Position numbers and translations under genes: made by a program. Below the pieces are notes generated by a model, which was not told the origin of the DNA, made no database searches, and worked only from the letters and a program-made list of their open reading frames with translations. A DNA stretch of 60,023 bases, counting the filler, from Circinaria calcarea (Eukaryota), in NCBI GenBank assembly GCA_051942165.1. It is 7 parts of 7 records of this genome, joined end to end, with 100 filler letters (N's around TTAATTAATTAA, not from the genome) between each part and the next. Parts side by side here need not be neighbours in the genome. Positions count along the whole stretch, not along the records: positions 17,202 to 25,693 come from JAVECS010001104.1; positions 25,794 to 34,283 come from JAVECS010001105.1; positions 34,384 to 42,869 come from JAVECS010001106.1; 4 more parts are not named here. One strand, given 5' to 3'. Shown here piece by piece: positions 24,801-34,985 of the stretch (position 1 is its first letter; each line of letters begins with the position of its first letter).

Positions 24801-25246
24801 TTGAGATTGACCATAATGTCGCGAGGACGGTTGTTCATAACGGTATTGTCGCAATTAGGGATGAGTTCAGGAGGGCGAATAGGATCATTCAGACTGCGGG
24901 ATTCGATGGTGGTGTCCCAGCCAACTTGTTCGAAGAAGGAAAGGATCCTCCTTCCCAACGTACCTTTTTCGGACCAAAGCCACGGCCGGTGTTTGGGCCG
25001 AAGAATCTTGCAATGGAGTTGAGACCCGGGGCAGCTGGAGAGCTGAGGTCGCCCGAGGCCGTGAAGGGTGAACAACTTGGTCCTGAGCTGGATACTAAAT
25101 TATCGGTCGATGTCCCTGGAGTCGCTACTAATGATATCGACGGAGCCACAACCCATAATGTCAACAGAGTCGCTACTGATCATGTCGGTGGAGTCGCGAC
25201 GGATGATACCAACGGACCTGCCGCAGATGAAGGTCACGAGCCTTAA
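21827..25246 (+). CDS. Cid1/CutA-like non-canonical nucleotidyltransferase (terminal uridylyltransferase)
   Basis: FGSLSSGFATTGSDMDL (GS...DxD), ARVPIIKF, SDINFSNPLALHNT, PYQGTLSSYGY and nucleotide-recognition motif IEDPFEIDHNVAR with the Cid1-type His. First ATG at 21827. Confidence 0.85.
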   Translation: MSNPPPFTVAQPSLLEVEVPIVKLPPVAEPEKDSKAKAKSPSRPHVNPSPVQDLESHLRGMILSNGVATPSQANPEDGTLSSRVPPHLRLAPLAEQQEYIARHQNDAAPPNLVGAGSHLIKKIHRTEREIQNGQNNVPSLPTSKVTTNAVKNHSSTANGSPELSLSLSQSHRRSVHQAPRYEESQRAPNTFPPLGMNHSQQRQLPQHIRNGGRSRIEGGPLPKISAISSQPRHTYMNNSISQVPSRQYPDLLPPESFHVRPGPPQNRHLFDPNRGAPNQPFSNRGPPPRSPGRFAHFHAQVDFLNYLADVEISKAEIKREDLQAKENLRLSLEEICRLTITKFEQIEDPCFDSSTVKLQCFGSLSSGFATTGSDMDLALISPASKPDTASVESKIPRLIERALLDLGYGARLLTQARVPIIKFCERPTPELAEALIQERLKWEKIKDLPPKLKKAKRGTDSQLPPSPSGSPTDPTLPQNRPNTLPPPSVAKMTRKRTNSRPPSSKSKFRLEPNLTQTPLNAPSIPSLAVHTRKDIIPAEPASSPINPSKDGEIEKKASKKKRLKKAKAMNIGKFLESQHSGNKAISEDSIINSQASQLADNKLKLNSNHHVDNTSTTPAIPRIELATDRLLANGVDRKVDVKPVADARSYHDRIHAESEDLDGTPVPEDVKTTTVIDNRNGQDESLDDNNKEVLVDVGDTEIAPPVRSDEELVYLYKLAISEGWFEIDERKIIYKFADAVKQSSINKNVTELADARAALKSLPDVLKRYRDITDNPLDFPKSGVGIQSDINFSNPLALHNTLLLRCYSHCDARIRPMVLFVKAWAKQRKINSPYQGTLSSYGYVLMVLHFVVNIADPPLAPNLQLAPRAFLPTFNLSETVCDGYNVRFWRSEKEIRDCVARGTLLAHPQNREPLGSLLRSFFQYYAQQGPNVIGSGFSWSLDVLSLRSSGGLLSKQEKAWTGAKTVTIEPTVPGQQSKEVRHRYLFAIEDPFEIDHNVARTVVHNGIVAIRDEFRRANRIIQTAGFDGGVPANLFEEGKDPPSQRTFFGPKPRPVFGPKNLAMELRPGAAGELRSPEAVKGEQLGPELDTKLSVDVPGVATNDIDGATTHNVNRVATDHVGGVATDDTNGPAADEGHEP

Positions 25247-25558
25247 ACGGCGGCCACACCATTTTAGAACGTGTCGTTGACGATTCTTGAGAGCAACGCC
25301 AGATCATTCACGTGGACATACTAATGGGGTAAAGGGAGTTAGTTGGAAGCGGTAAACTCGACTCAAGTCAAGACCGGGATGGCGGGATTTGTGTCTGGAA
25401 ACTGCAATAGCTACACTAGCTTAACGAAGTCTGGTGTCGATGAAAACACTACTTCAGTCACACCTGTTTGTTTGCCTTGGGTTTTTCGTGACATTGTCGT
25501 AGCCTTGATTGACTGTTCCATTGTCCATTACACATGCCTAGTCTACGACTGAAACTCA

Positions 25559-25693
25559 TTAGAATATCTCCACCACCTTCTCATCCTCATCCTCCTCTTC
25601 CTCATCCTCATCTACATCCGCCTGCGTAACCATCCTCCCCGCATCCTCGCCAACACTCCTTCCCCCTCCCCGTTCCAACGCCCTCATCTGCCC
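25559..25693 (-). CDS. 3' end of an unidentified gene with an acidic tail (partial)
   Basis: Open frame from the contig edge: GQMRALERGGGRSVGEDAGRMVTQADVDEDEEEEDEDEKVVEIF*. Confidence 0.35.
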   Translation of the reverse strand, partial: GQMRALERGGGRSVGEDAGRMVTQADVDEDEEEEDEDEKVVEIF

Positions 25694-25793
25694 NNNNNNN
25701 NNNNNNNNNNNNNNNNNNNNNNNNNNNNNNNNNNNNNTTAATTAATTAANNNNNNNNNNNNNNNNNNNNNNNNNNNNNNNNNNNNNNNNNNNN
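25694..25793. other. Artificial contig spacer
   Basis: N44-TTAATTAATTAA-N44. Confidence 0.98.
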
Positions 25794-26004
25794 TGCCGGC
25801 GTGGAGATGTCATTTGTTTCGCTTTTCGAACTCATGCAGTGGATCTCAGGAATGCTGTTGGCGAAACCGGAGCAGTTTCGCTGGCTTGCGGCGGGCAGTT
25901 TGGGTGCCGTAGCAGTAGCCGGGGGAATGTATGCCGGGTGGGTCAGAGGGAGGAGGGGCCATTTGGTGCATTGGGAGAGGTGTGTAGGGAATGAGAGGGG
26001 ATGA
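25794..26004 (+). CDS. Ferroportin-like (SLC40/IREG) metal exporter, 3' end only
   Basis: GVEMSFVSLFELM...KPEQFRWLAAGSLGAV...YAGWVRGRRGHLVH resembles the last two TM helices and RGHLxH tail of plant/fungal ferroportins. Confidence 0.65.
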
Positions 26005-27631
26005 GGATGTAGGTTAGGCTGTCTACTATGCCTCAGGTCCTTACCTGCAAACAATATTCTAAACATAATTCCCCATCGGAATCTATTGTACGTACAGTAT
26101 AGGAGGGGAGAGCTGGTACGAATCAAACTTTTAGTCACCGTACATCCACCATATACGCGCTCCATGCAATGAAGTTCACAAGACTCCAAACCCCACCTCA
26201 CCTTTTCCGACACCCCCTTTTTCTACTATTTACCTTACCTTTCATTCTCTACTCCTCTCGTACCAAGAACTCATTCCAATTACAAAACCATAGCAACCTT
26301 AACCTTCCGTATCCCCCCATCCCTGCTATTCTTGGCCTGAGGGTCAAGAGTCTACGAGGCTGAACGGAGAGGACTGGAATTTGCCTCAGTTCTTTTCTGG
26401 GTCCGGTCGGGGGAGGCACGGAATGGGTGAGGATTGGTAGAGTAGCTTTTGCAGTGCCCGGTAGGTGCGTGGGCTGAGAAAGGGGCGGTAATATGCATTA
26501 GTTTGACGGGTGACGGGCAAAGAGGGGATGCGAGTGCCTGAGGAGATATGCATGTGGGGGGAGGGAAGTGGATTTATTGGGCGGGGTGGAGATGGAGAGC
26601 GGACGGGGCGTAAGGCTACTGGTGTTTTTTACGTGTGCATGAGGCGGAGTGTACTTTTGGGAAACCGGCGTTGGCGGCCTGGAAGATGACTTGCATGAAG
26701 ATTATTCCCGGATTAGTCTGCTGTCTCCGAGGAAGGGTGGTTTGGGAGTCGTGGTTTGCAGAGTTTTATTGGACTGTGCTTCTACATGTAGATGTGAAGG
26801 TACGGAGTAGAATCATTCAATGGGTATTGAATGCAGGTCGTGGGAGCAGGCAATTTTCCCAGGTGGGCTTGATACTGGAAATAGACTAGCTTGTCGGGTA
26901 TCACCAGCAGAGTTGGCCCAACGACATGTTGTCCCACAGCATAGTCCAGCGCCAACTCTGTACCAGCCACCGTAAATTTGTCGATCTTCGGGCAGTATGA
27001 GGAAGTTGCCTAATAAATTCTACAATGTATTACTAGGACACGAGGATTGCTACTGGGTATGTCCGCTATCCTCATGAGCACCAACGGAGTTTGAATTGGA
27101 CATTGGACATCTTCACTCCGTAGTTTGGTGAAGTTCCCAGGGCAGTGTCCGCAATGTTTGATGCTTTTAAACCATCTCTCAGGGTAGATATCAGCGTATC
27201 TGCGGATTATATTTGCGCTTGTGTAACTCGGTCGCTGACTTGGTAGGCTCGACTGCAGATTTACGCCTTGAAGCTGCAGGTTTCTGCTGCTTATTTTCCT
27301 ATGTCAAAACTCTCTCATTCGGACTTGTGTCTTTTTCGGGCTTTACAGCTTCGAAAAGCGGCTCTATCCCCGAGTTCTCTGTGCCTTGTCTCCGTATCCT
27401 TGCCAGGTTAAAGATCTCGTTTCTTCTAAATGTCGCTGTTGTGCCTCAGGACCACACAGCGAGCCACGAACGTCATAAAGGCGTCTATACCCTCCGGTGC
27501 ATTACTCTTCGAGATCAGCCTAATGAGTACCAGTGTCGTCCAAACATCCTTACGCAGACCTTGGTATATCGTTGCTCTGTCTACCAGACTGGTGGTTGAT
27601 CTGTTTGTTTCTATTTACTCAGTGTGCTACT

Positions 27632-30406
27632 ATGGCTGATCCCCTTTCCGTAACGGCAAGCATTATCGCAGTTCTTGGTGCAATTGAAGGCGTTACCAAA
27701 ACACTAGCCAAAATCAAGAATATTCGAAACGCACCACAGGAGCTTTTAGCACTGATCAATGAGGTCAACGACCTCAAACTCATTCTTTCCGACGTTCAAA
27801 ATTACGTTTCTCAAACTACTGGGAGGCCGCAGGTACTTCAAGAGCCGCTGCAACATATGTCTATTCTTGTCAACAGGGCGCGAAGTCGTCTGCTCGAGCT
27901 TGATGAACTAGTTCAGTATCGATTCACAAAAGCAGGCTCCACAGTAGATCAGATCAAAGTTTCGCGGCGCGAATGGGCTAGAGCGAGAAGCACAATCGAT
28001 ACCTTCCGGCAAAGTCTTCGAGATATTAGGCTAAATATAGTAACTCAGATGGTTGTGATTAACTCGTGAGCCTCTTTTCTGTCTGATATCTATTTAGAAT
28101 GCATCTAATTCTTTTAAGAACGCATCAGTCTCGTATAGGTCTTACTATTGACGAGATTAGCATAATCTCTAGCCAGCTACAAGTGAATCATCATCTTTCG
28201 GGCGAACGGACCATGCAACAGCTTGATGAACATTCCAGACTTCTCACAAATATCTTAAGCGGACAATCAAATTTACAGGGACTGTTTCAGCTTCGAACCT
28301 CACCTGATCAACAGGCTCGAGATCCAACCGATAGCCTCGTTGGAGTCGCTAGTGATCAGTCGCCGAGTCCTATAATTCGTATTAGGGCACATGCTTGCCA
28401 ACCATCAAGATCTCCCTGTACTCTTCAATGCGTGTGTGCCTGTCATAATATTCGAATTTTCAGATCGCCACCCTTATTCCACATGGCTGTTGGGAAACTA
28501 TTCATAGGATATACCGGATGTCCTCTTGCTCTTCAGAGGTGTACAGATATTAACTGTCTATCCCGATCAACATTTCGAGCTTATGTGCATTATCTGTTCC
28601 CCTCTTGGCTATTTGCGAAGGCCCTCACGGTAACATTTATCAGCGTCTTCCTCGATAAAATTAGTGTATCCTTGAGTGTTAGACGAGTTGTGTCTCCAGG
28701 GGCAGAAATATTCCGCTTAATCCAGGCGGATGATGTGGACGGACTTCGGCGGCTGTTTACTATGGGTTTAGCTTCGCCGAATGACTCTAACAATTATGGT
28801 CAGACGGCTCTTTGTGTAGGTTATCTTTCAGATTTAGCTAAGAATTCAAACAAAGAGAAAACGCAAAACAAGCGCTTGGATTATCTTCTGTTGCTATACT
28901 AATTTACTACCCAGATGAATTCAAAGCAAAGAGTATTTAATAATCAATTATTCTAGGATGCCGTTACTACACGAAAGCTAGATTCTTGTAAATTCTTGCT
29001 TCAAGCCGGAGCAGACCCTCATTTAGAAGCGTTCGGAGGAGGAAGGTTGGCATACTGGTTTAAACTTTCCTTGCTTCGACACTTAGCTTATTATTCGCAG
29101 GTCTGCCTTTGAAAACGCCTGGAATGTAATTTTCACGGCATTGGAGGGTGGCGCTATTATAGAAACCTTGCAAAGTCTTTTTCCAGACAACGGTGGTCAT
29201 TTAGATGAACGGCGATTCTCCAAGCTCCACAGACTCATTCTTGACCTAGAGGGCGGAAGTCTTGAGAATGAGCTAAAAAACAGTAGCTCCGATATTGATG
29301 CAAGCGACTCAAGGGGCTACACTGTTCTTATATGGGCTGCTCGAAGAGGCGATAATGCAGCAGTTGGCCTCCTTTTAAGGGCTGGTGCAGATCCAAATAT
29401 ACATTCAAATTTCGGAACATCAGCATTACTTGAGGCATCGCGGACAGCAGACCCTACATGTGTAAAGCTTCTTCTGGAGGCTGGCGCCGATCCTAGCCTT
29501 GTTGATAATTATGGTGGAAACGCATTACACTTCGCAACACGGTTTCAAGATAAGAAATGGGTTATTGAGGCCCTAGTCGCAGCAGGTGTTAACTTACATA
29601 AACAGGATATTTATGGTAGTACATCTCTGACGATAGCTGCATATAGTAACCGCACAGTCACCGCAGGTACTTTGCTCAATCTTGGAGCCAATATGAACAG
29701 TACAGATCATGAAGGATGCACTCCCTTACATGAATCTCTCTTCCACAATTCTGATAATGTAACCCAATTACTGGTTCGACGTGGTGCTGCACTCACGACT
29801 GAGAATTATGGAAACAGCCCCCTTCATCTCACAGCTTTATCCGGCGGGATGAGAACTCTCAAGATTTTACGAGCAGCAACCAATCTCGGGACTCTCGATC
29901 CAGATGCTCGCAACAAGGAAGGAAAGACGCCCTTGCAGATAGCTCGGGAACGTGTAGCAAAGCCAGAAGGGTTTATTGCGAAATTCCATGAACTTCTCAA
30001 GGAAGTTAGAAAACAGAAGGTGGCACTTGAGACATCTTTTGAGGCGGCAAGTACAGGACCAGATGCAACCTTCGAAGACATCTTCGTGGACGCGCCAGAG
30101 GACATACAACCAGTTGGAGATGCAGCAGGGCCACCAACTCCGCGTGGACAAACGAGGTCTTCTCTATGGAGCTTGACGCTTTCCTACATTGGGCCAATCA
30201 ATCTCCTCACCTCACTAATCTGGACTCGGCGTCTTTGGAACAACATCCAACCGAACCTAGCCCAGTCTGTATGCGCACGCATCTTCCTTTCTTGGCTCTT
30301 CGGTCTTGTTTGTGCGGGGCTGGCTTACTGGGTGTTTGGACAGGTGAGAGGGGAGGATAGGGTTCGAAAAGGGGCGTCGGTGATATACCTTGGAGGCGGG
30401 AATTGA
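27632..30406 (+). CDS. Ankyrin-repeat protein with N-terminal HeLo-like (fungal STAND N-terminal) domain, Cys-rich linker and C-terminal hydrophobic segments, 4 exons
   Basis: Exons 27632-28065, 28119-28815, 28957-29045, 29101-30406 splice in frame. MADPLSVTASIIAVL...NAPQELLALINEV N-terminus; CTLQCVCACH motif; many ANK repeats (GYTVLIWAA, GTSALLEA, GGNALHFA, GCTPLHES, GNSPLHLTA, GKTPLQIA). Confidence 0.85.
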
Positions 30407-33400
30407 AACTTGAAGCATGGGAGAGAGTGAGCATGAACGGAAGGGGAGAGAGGAGCTACACCGAGTATTGGGAATGAGAGATTTTGGGATAGATGAGGCC
30501 CCTTTTACTCTGGAGTTGTTGCTGGGTTTGCATCATTCTTCCATTTCGGCAAATCTGTTTGTATGCTTTTCAAAGTCTACACTTCTATTTCCACTCCCCT
30601 CTTGTCTTTCCATCCAACGTGCTAGAATTTTGCAATCCACTCGCATCCAAAAACCAGCGTACCGCCCCTGTAGGATGCACGCAGTGCCCATTGTCACTTG
30701 CCTTTACCCTCCGCATAACTTAGGATCTCGCCCAAATAACCTCCCTATAGCCAGTCCTTCAAGCTCTAACACCACCATAGATATCCCCTCAAGATCTACC
30801 GACTAGTCTAACATCTGGTTAGAGAAGTCCCCTGCATAGACGATACAAGAAGAATGCCCACCGAGAAGGAGAAAATATAGTGCACACGACCTTATCAACC
30901 AAAACAGGCTGGGAACCTCTTCCGGTTAAGATTACGCAATATAACCAAATTATGGGGCTGTTGGAAGTCATAGGGCTTACCGAGGCATGTGTTACTTCGG
31001 AGGTCCATGCTCAACACTTCCTACACACTATAGCACTTTTTCGCTGCCTAGATAGCTTAGGTAATTACACACTCATAGGTAGCAATGCAACCATACATCT
31101 GCTACTCAACAGAGGCAGTGATAAATAAGGCATTACGATCCCTAGGGCAGATTCGCAATCTACATATAATTTTAATAATGACTGCTAACTCCACTGAGGG
31201 CTTATGGGATATATAATCTGCCTTGTTACTTCTCTATTCCTTTCTGAGAAATAATGGATGGTAATACAAGGTGGAATAGGCTATATTGGCTATGGTAACT
31301 ACCATTCTATATAGACTTCACTATGAAACTACATAGCAGAAAACCTTTGCTATGTGTACGCTCGGTGGTTAGTTCAACCGCTCCGAATACTAGTTCCTCC
31401 ACGTAGTGTAGAACCCCTATTCTTGACACTTTCTCTTCTGCTGGGCGAGTCCATCTAGTACTGTTTTCGCAATGAAACCCCAAAATCCCCCTACATATTA
31501 GATTCCCCTTTTCGGATTCTATTCTCAAAGCGGGAGGAAACATTTATTTTCAGATCGCAAGCCGCAATTAACGACGCAGACAGCTTACTTCTCATAGATC
31601 ATCATTCAACCTAACAGCGTGACATTTCTACAAATGCTATTTCTACGGCTCGTTTACCATGCACGGCTCCTCTTCCGAATCTAGTGAAAGTGTGGTTTAA
31701 AGCAGCAAGGGGCGACGGATACCTTCCTATAGCTGAAACCCAAACACACAAACCCATTATTCCCGAGAACTGTGAGATCTACCGCCAGCATGAACGAACT
31801 TGAGGCCGTTGAAATCATGTTGTAGACCGTTACGCCCAGATGGCTCAAAGCAATACAGTCGTTATGGCCAAAGACGATGTTCCCCAGGTGACCAGCGGAA
31901 AATGGATAGCATGCTACGAGAATCTAGAAAAGCTTTTCAGTAACTCTTTCGGATTTGATGTATTTTAGGACTTTCTCGCCCTTATAAGTGACACTCAGCG
32001 TGTTTGATGAACCAAGACGGGGGCGAAGATCTCAGAGCTGAGGTTGCCTCGGTTGAGAAATCTTCACGAACTGCGGGTTTGCGACCGTGTTTATAGAACC
32101 GTCTGTACATCATATCAATATAATCAGGTAGTATGTAGCCCATAAATGAAACTAATCCAGATGCCACCAGGAAATGGAAAGACTGATAACCAAAGCAGCG
32201 AACACCGTAGCGTTGAAGCTGACGGAGCTCTTAAACTTTCTGTTGATACAGGTGTACGAATGGAAGACTTCTCAAGGCGATTGGACCGAGGGGCAGACGA
32301 GTTGATTGCCTCAGATTGGACGGAAGACCATGAAGATGATGATGCGGTCGGTGACAACGGCGAGGATGCCCACACTACTTAATGAAGGTTCTTTACGATT
32401 TTCTTACAGGTGGCGGCCAATGGGCTATTCGCTTGCAGTGAGGGCACTGCAGTATGTAAATGGTGGTAGTTGTGGGAGCGCCTTCCTTGATCATGGGGGA
32501 AAATGCGTGCCAAATGTGTATTTTAGAGCGGGGTTTCCCGAGGGGAAAAAACAGAACATTCTACTCCACTTTTTTGGTAGCCAAAACGTGACACGATTTT
32601 AGACCACTCGTAGGCTGTCATTTGCCCATAACACACAACTCGTCATTCAGTACCAGGCCAATCAAACGAGGAAACGACTACTAACGATCGGTGTCGTTAT
32701 GTGCCTCTGCGGGTGTCCAGAAACAGTTATGAAATAGTGGCACACCAATCAAAATATCTCGCCCCTCAACGAGGTTGGAAGACGAACTTGGAGTGGGGGA
32801 AGATCTACTTATTGGATGCCCTTCTACTAAAGTATCAATTAATGCAGGTATCAAGCCCCACAGCCCAGACTCATATACACTGGCGAACTTCGTGAAAGTC
32901 CAGGGAGTTTTTCGGCTTAGCACTATTTGCCGCAGTTTTCAAAAACGTCATACGATTTTGAAAAGAAGGCCGCGCAGATGAGGGTCCTTCAGGTCACCCT
33001 TGATCCCAGGACTCCGAGAAAGTCCAATTAATTGTGAGACGCGGGGCTCGACCGGAGAGATTATTTGAATGCATCTGGGATGAAGAATCCCCAGCACAGT
33101 ACCATAACATAAAAAGAATTAGAAAGAGAAACCCCCCTTTGGATACCATACGAGTACAGAGTCCACACTCCAGTTCCACGCACAGCAATCCTCTCCTTTT
33201 GCTAAAAAGCGAAAAAGAAGGGGGTACATGTATGCTTGGAGGTCGTTTCGTCCTGGACTCGGTGACATGGGGAGCGGGGCAAGTTAGATAAGGAAATCGA
33301 AATGGGCAAATGGAGAAAAGGAAGTAAGTTTCGGGGTGCGCGGTGATGATAAGGTGTGATGGGAAACCCCTTTTCTGAGAAATGTGGCGGGCGCCCCCGA

Positions 33401-33643
33401 AGAAGATGGAATTGTAATTTTTTGGGAAAGATGGGTGTGAAGGAGCAGACGAGCTCGTTGCTCGAGAATGATGCAGGGTAAAGCCAAGACAGGAAGCACT
33501 CGATGAAAAGCTGTATAGTCACATGGTGTAGTATTAACAATACGGCGCAACAAATCGGGGTATCTTAACATCTGCCAACGGTGAAGAAACCCCCAAATTA
33601 TGCCTCCGCCCCACCTACAAGTATCTATTCAAGATGAACCTCC

Positions 33644-34283
33644 CTAAGCACCCTTCAACCCCCTAAGCGCCCGTCTCATACCCGCCAATCTTTCCTTCTC
33701 CCTCACCACCATCCTTTCCGCCACCCGCCTGACAGCCCTCCTAGCCATCTTCTCGTGCAAAACCTGCCAGCCCGCCAACTCCCCCGCGACGGTCTGCTGC
33801 GTATACCGCAGCTCACAGCCAATAGCCCTCAGTTCCTCCTTGGACTTCTCCAGTTTCTCCTGTGCGTCGGAGTGAATGCCTTTTCTAGTTTCGTCGAGCA
33901 GACCTAGTGGCCAGCGGTCGGAGCGGCGGAGCGATCCGCTGTGACGATCGATTGCTTTCTGGCAGTTTTGGAGGGATGAGATGAGAAGGTGCGGACGGGA
34001 AAGGGAGGAAAGTATTGCGAAAATGGTGGAGGAGATGGCTTGGAGATCTTGATGAAAGAATTTATAGGGATCCGACTCGGGAACTTGAAGGGTGACTGCA
34101 TAGCGAGCGAAAGCCGTGGTATGTGATTGCGGTAAAAACACCAACATGGCAAGTTGCCTGCTAGATAATTCAAGTGCAACCGATAAATCTGTTAGAGCTG
34201 TTAGTTCAAATTCGATTGGCCCGTAAAATCTCACAACATACCCGTCGAGACATTACGGACGCTGTTGACTCTCCGTATTACGC
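33644..34283 (-). CDS. 3' end of a probable PX/BAR-like (Vps5-C-like) trafficking protein (partial)
   Basis: Spliced VIRRVNSVRNVST/DLSVALEL... (GTATGT...CTAACAG intron); helical tail SDRWPLGLLDETR...ELRYTQQTVAGELAGWQ. Family assignment is from recall of fungal PX-domain proteins. Confidence 0.5.
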
Positions 34284-34383
34284 NNNNNNNNNNNNNNNNN
34301 NNNNNNNNNNNNNNNNNNNNNNNNNNNTTAATTAATTAANNNNNNNNNNNNNNNNNNNNNNNNNNNNNNNNNNNNNNNNNNNN
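34284..34383. other. Artificial contig spacer
   Basis: N44-TTAATTAATTAA-N44. Confidence 0.98.
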
Positions 34384-34985
34384 GCGAACGGGATCTGGCT
34401 GTACACCTAGAAACTGCCCTCAAAGGAGTTATCATTGGAGACCGTTGGCCTAAGAGTGGAGTCGAGGTCGTTATTACAGTTCTTGAGGGCGAAGAAGACC
34501 AATGGTGGGTTGACGAAGCCACACAGGGGGGATGTGAAGGCACTAGGGCTGGCGCCTCAGGAATAATGTCAATTTTATCCGGTTGTATTACAGTGGCCTC
34601 TGCCGCTATTGTTGATGCCGGAATCGATTGCGTTGATCTTGTTTCTGGTGGAGTCGCCGCATTAGTACGCCAGCCACCCATGAGCCAGACAGGTCCAGGA
34701 AAGGAAAAGGAGAACACCAAGACAGAGATTGTTCTGGATCCTGCTCCTGCAGAACACGGTGAGATCATTGCTTCTTGCGTGGTTGGTTATTTACAATCTC
34801 GTGATGAGGTCACAGAGCTGTGGGTGAAAGGAAATGTACCAAATACAGAATCGTCTAGCAACGCCGCCGTGGACAGCCTGATTGACTCGGCTGTCCAAGC
34901 GGCTGTAGCAGCACGTCTTGTACTCATCGAAGCAATCAAAGAAATGGCAGACCTTAAGTTAGAAAGAAATAAGTCTGTTAAATAG
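34384..34985 (+). CDS. MTR3: Exosome RNase PH-ring subunit Mtr3, 3' part
   Basis: ERDLAVHLETALKGVIIGDRWPKSGVEVVITVLEGEED...SGCITVASAAIVDAGIDCVDLVSGGVAA...EIVLDP. Confidence 0.8.

Noticed and set aside
30500..33600. Gene-poor stretch with short ORFs, possibly a decayed gene or transposon (also 35000-37600)
   Set aside because: I could not recognise any domain, TIR, LTR or consistent frame; a translated homology search would be needed.
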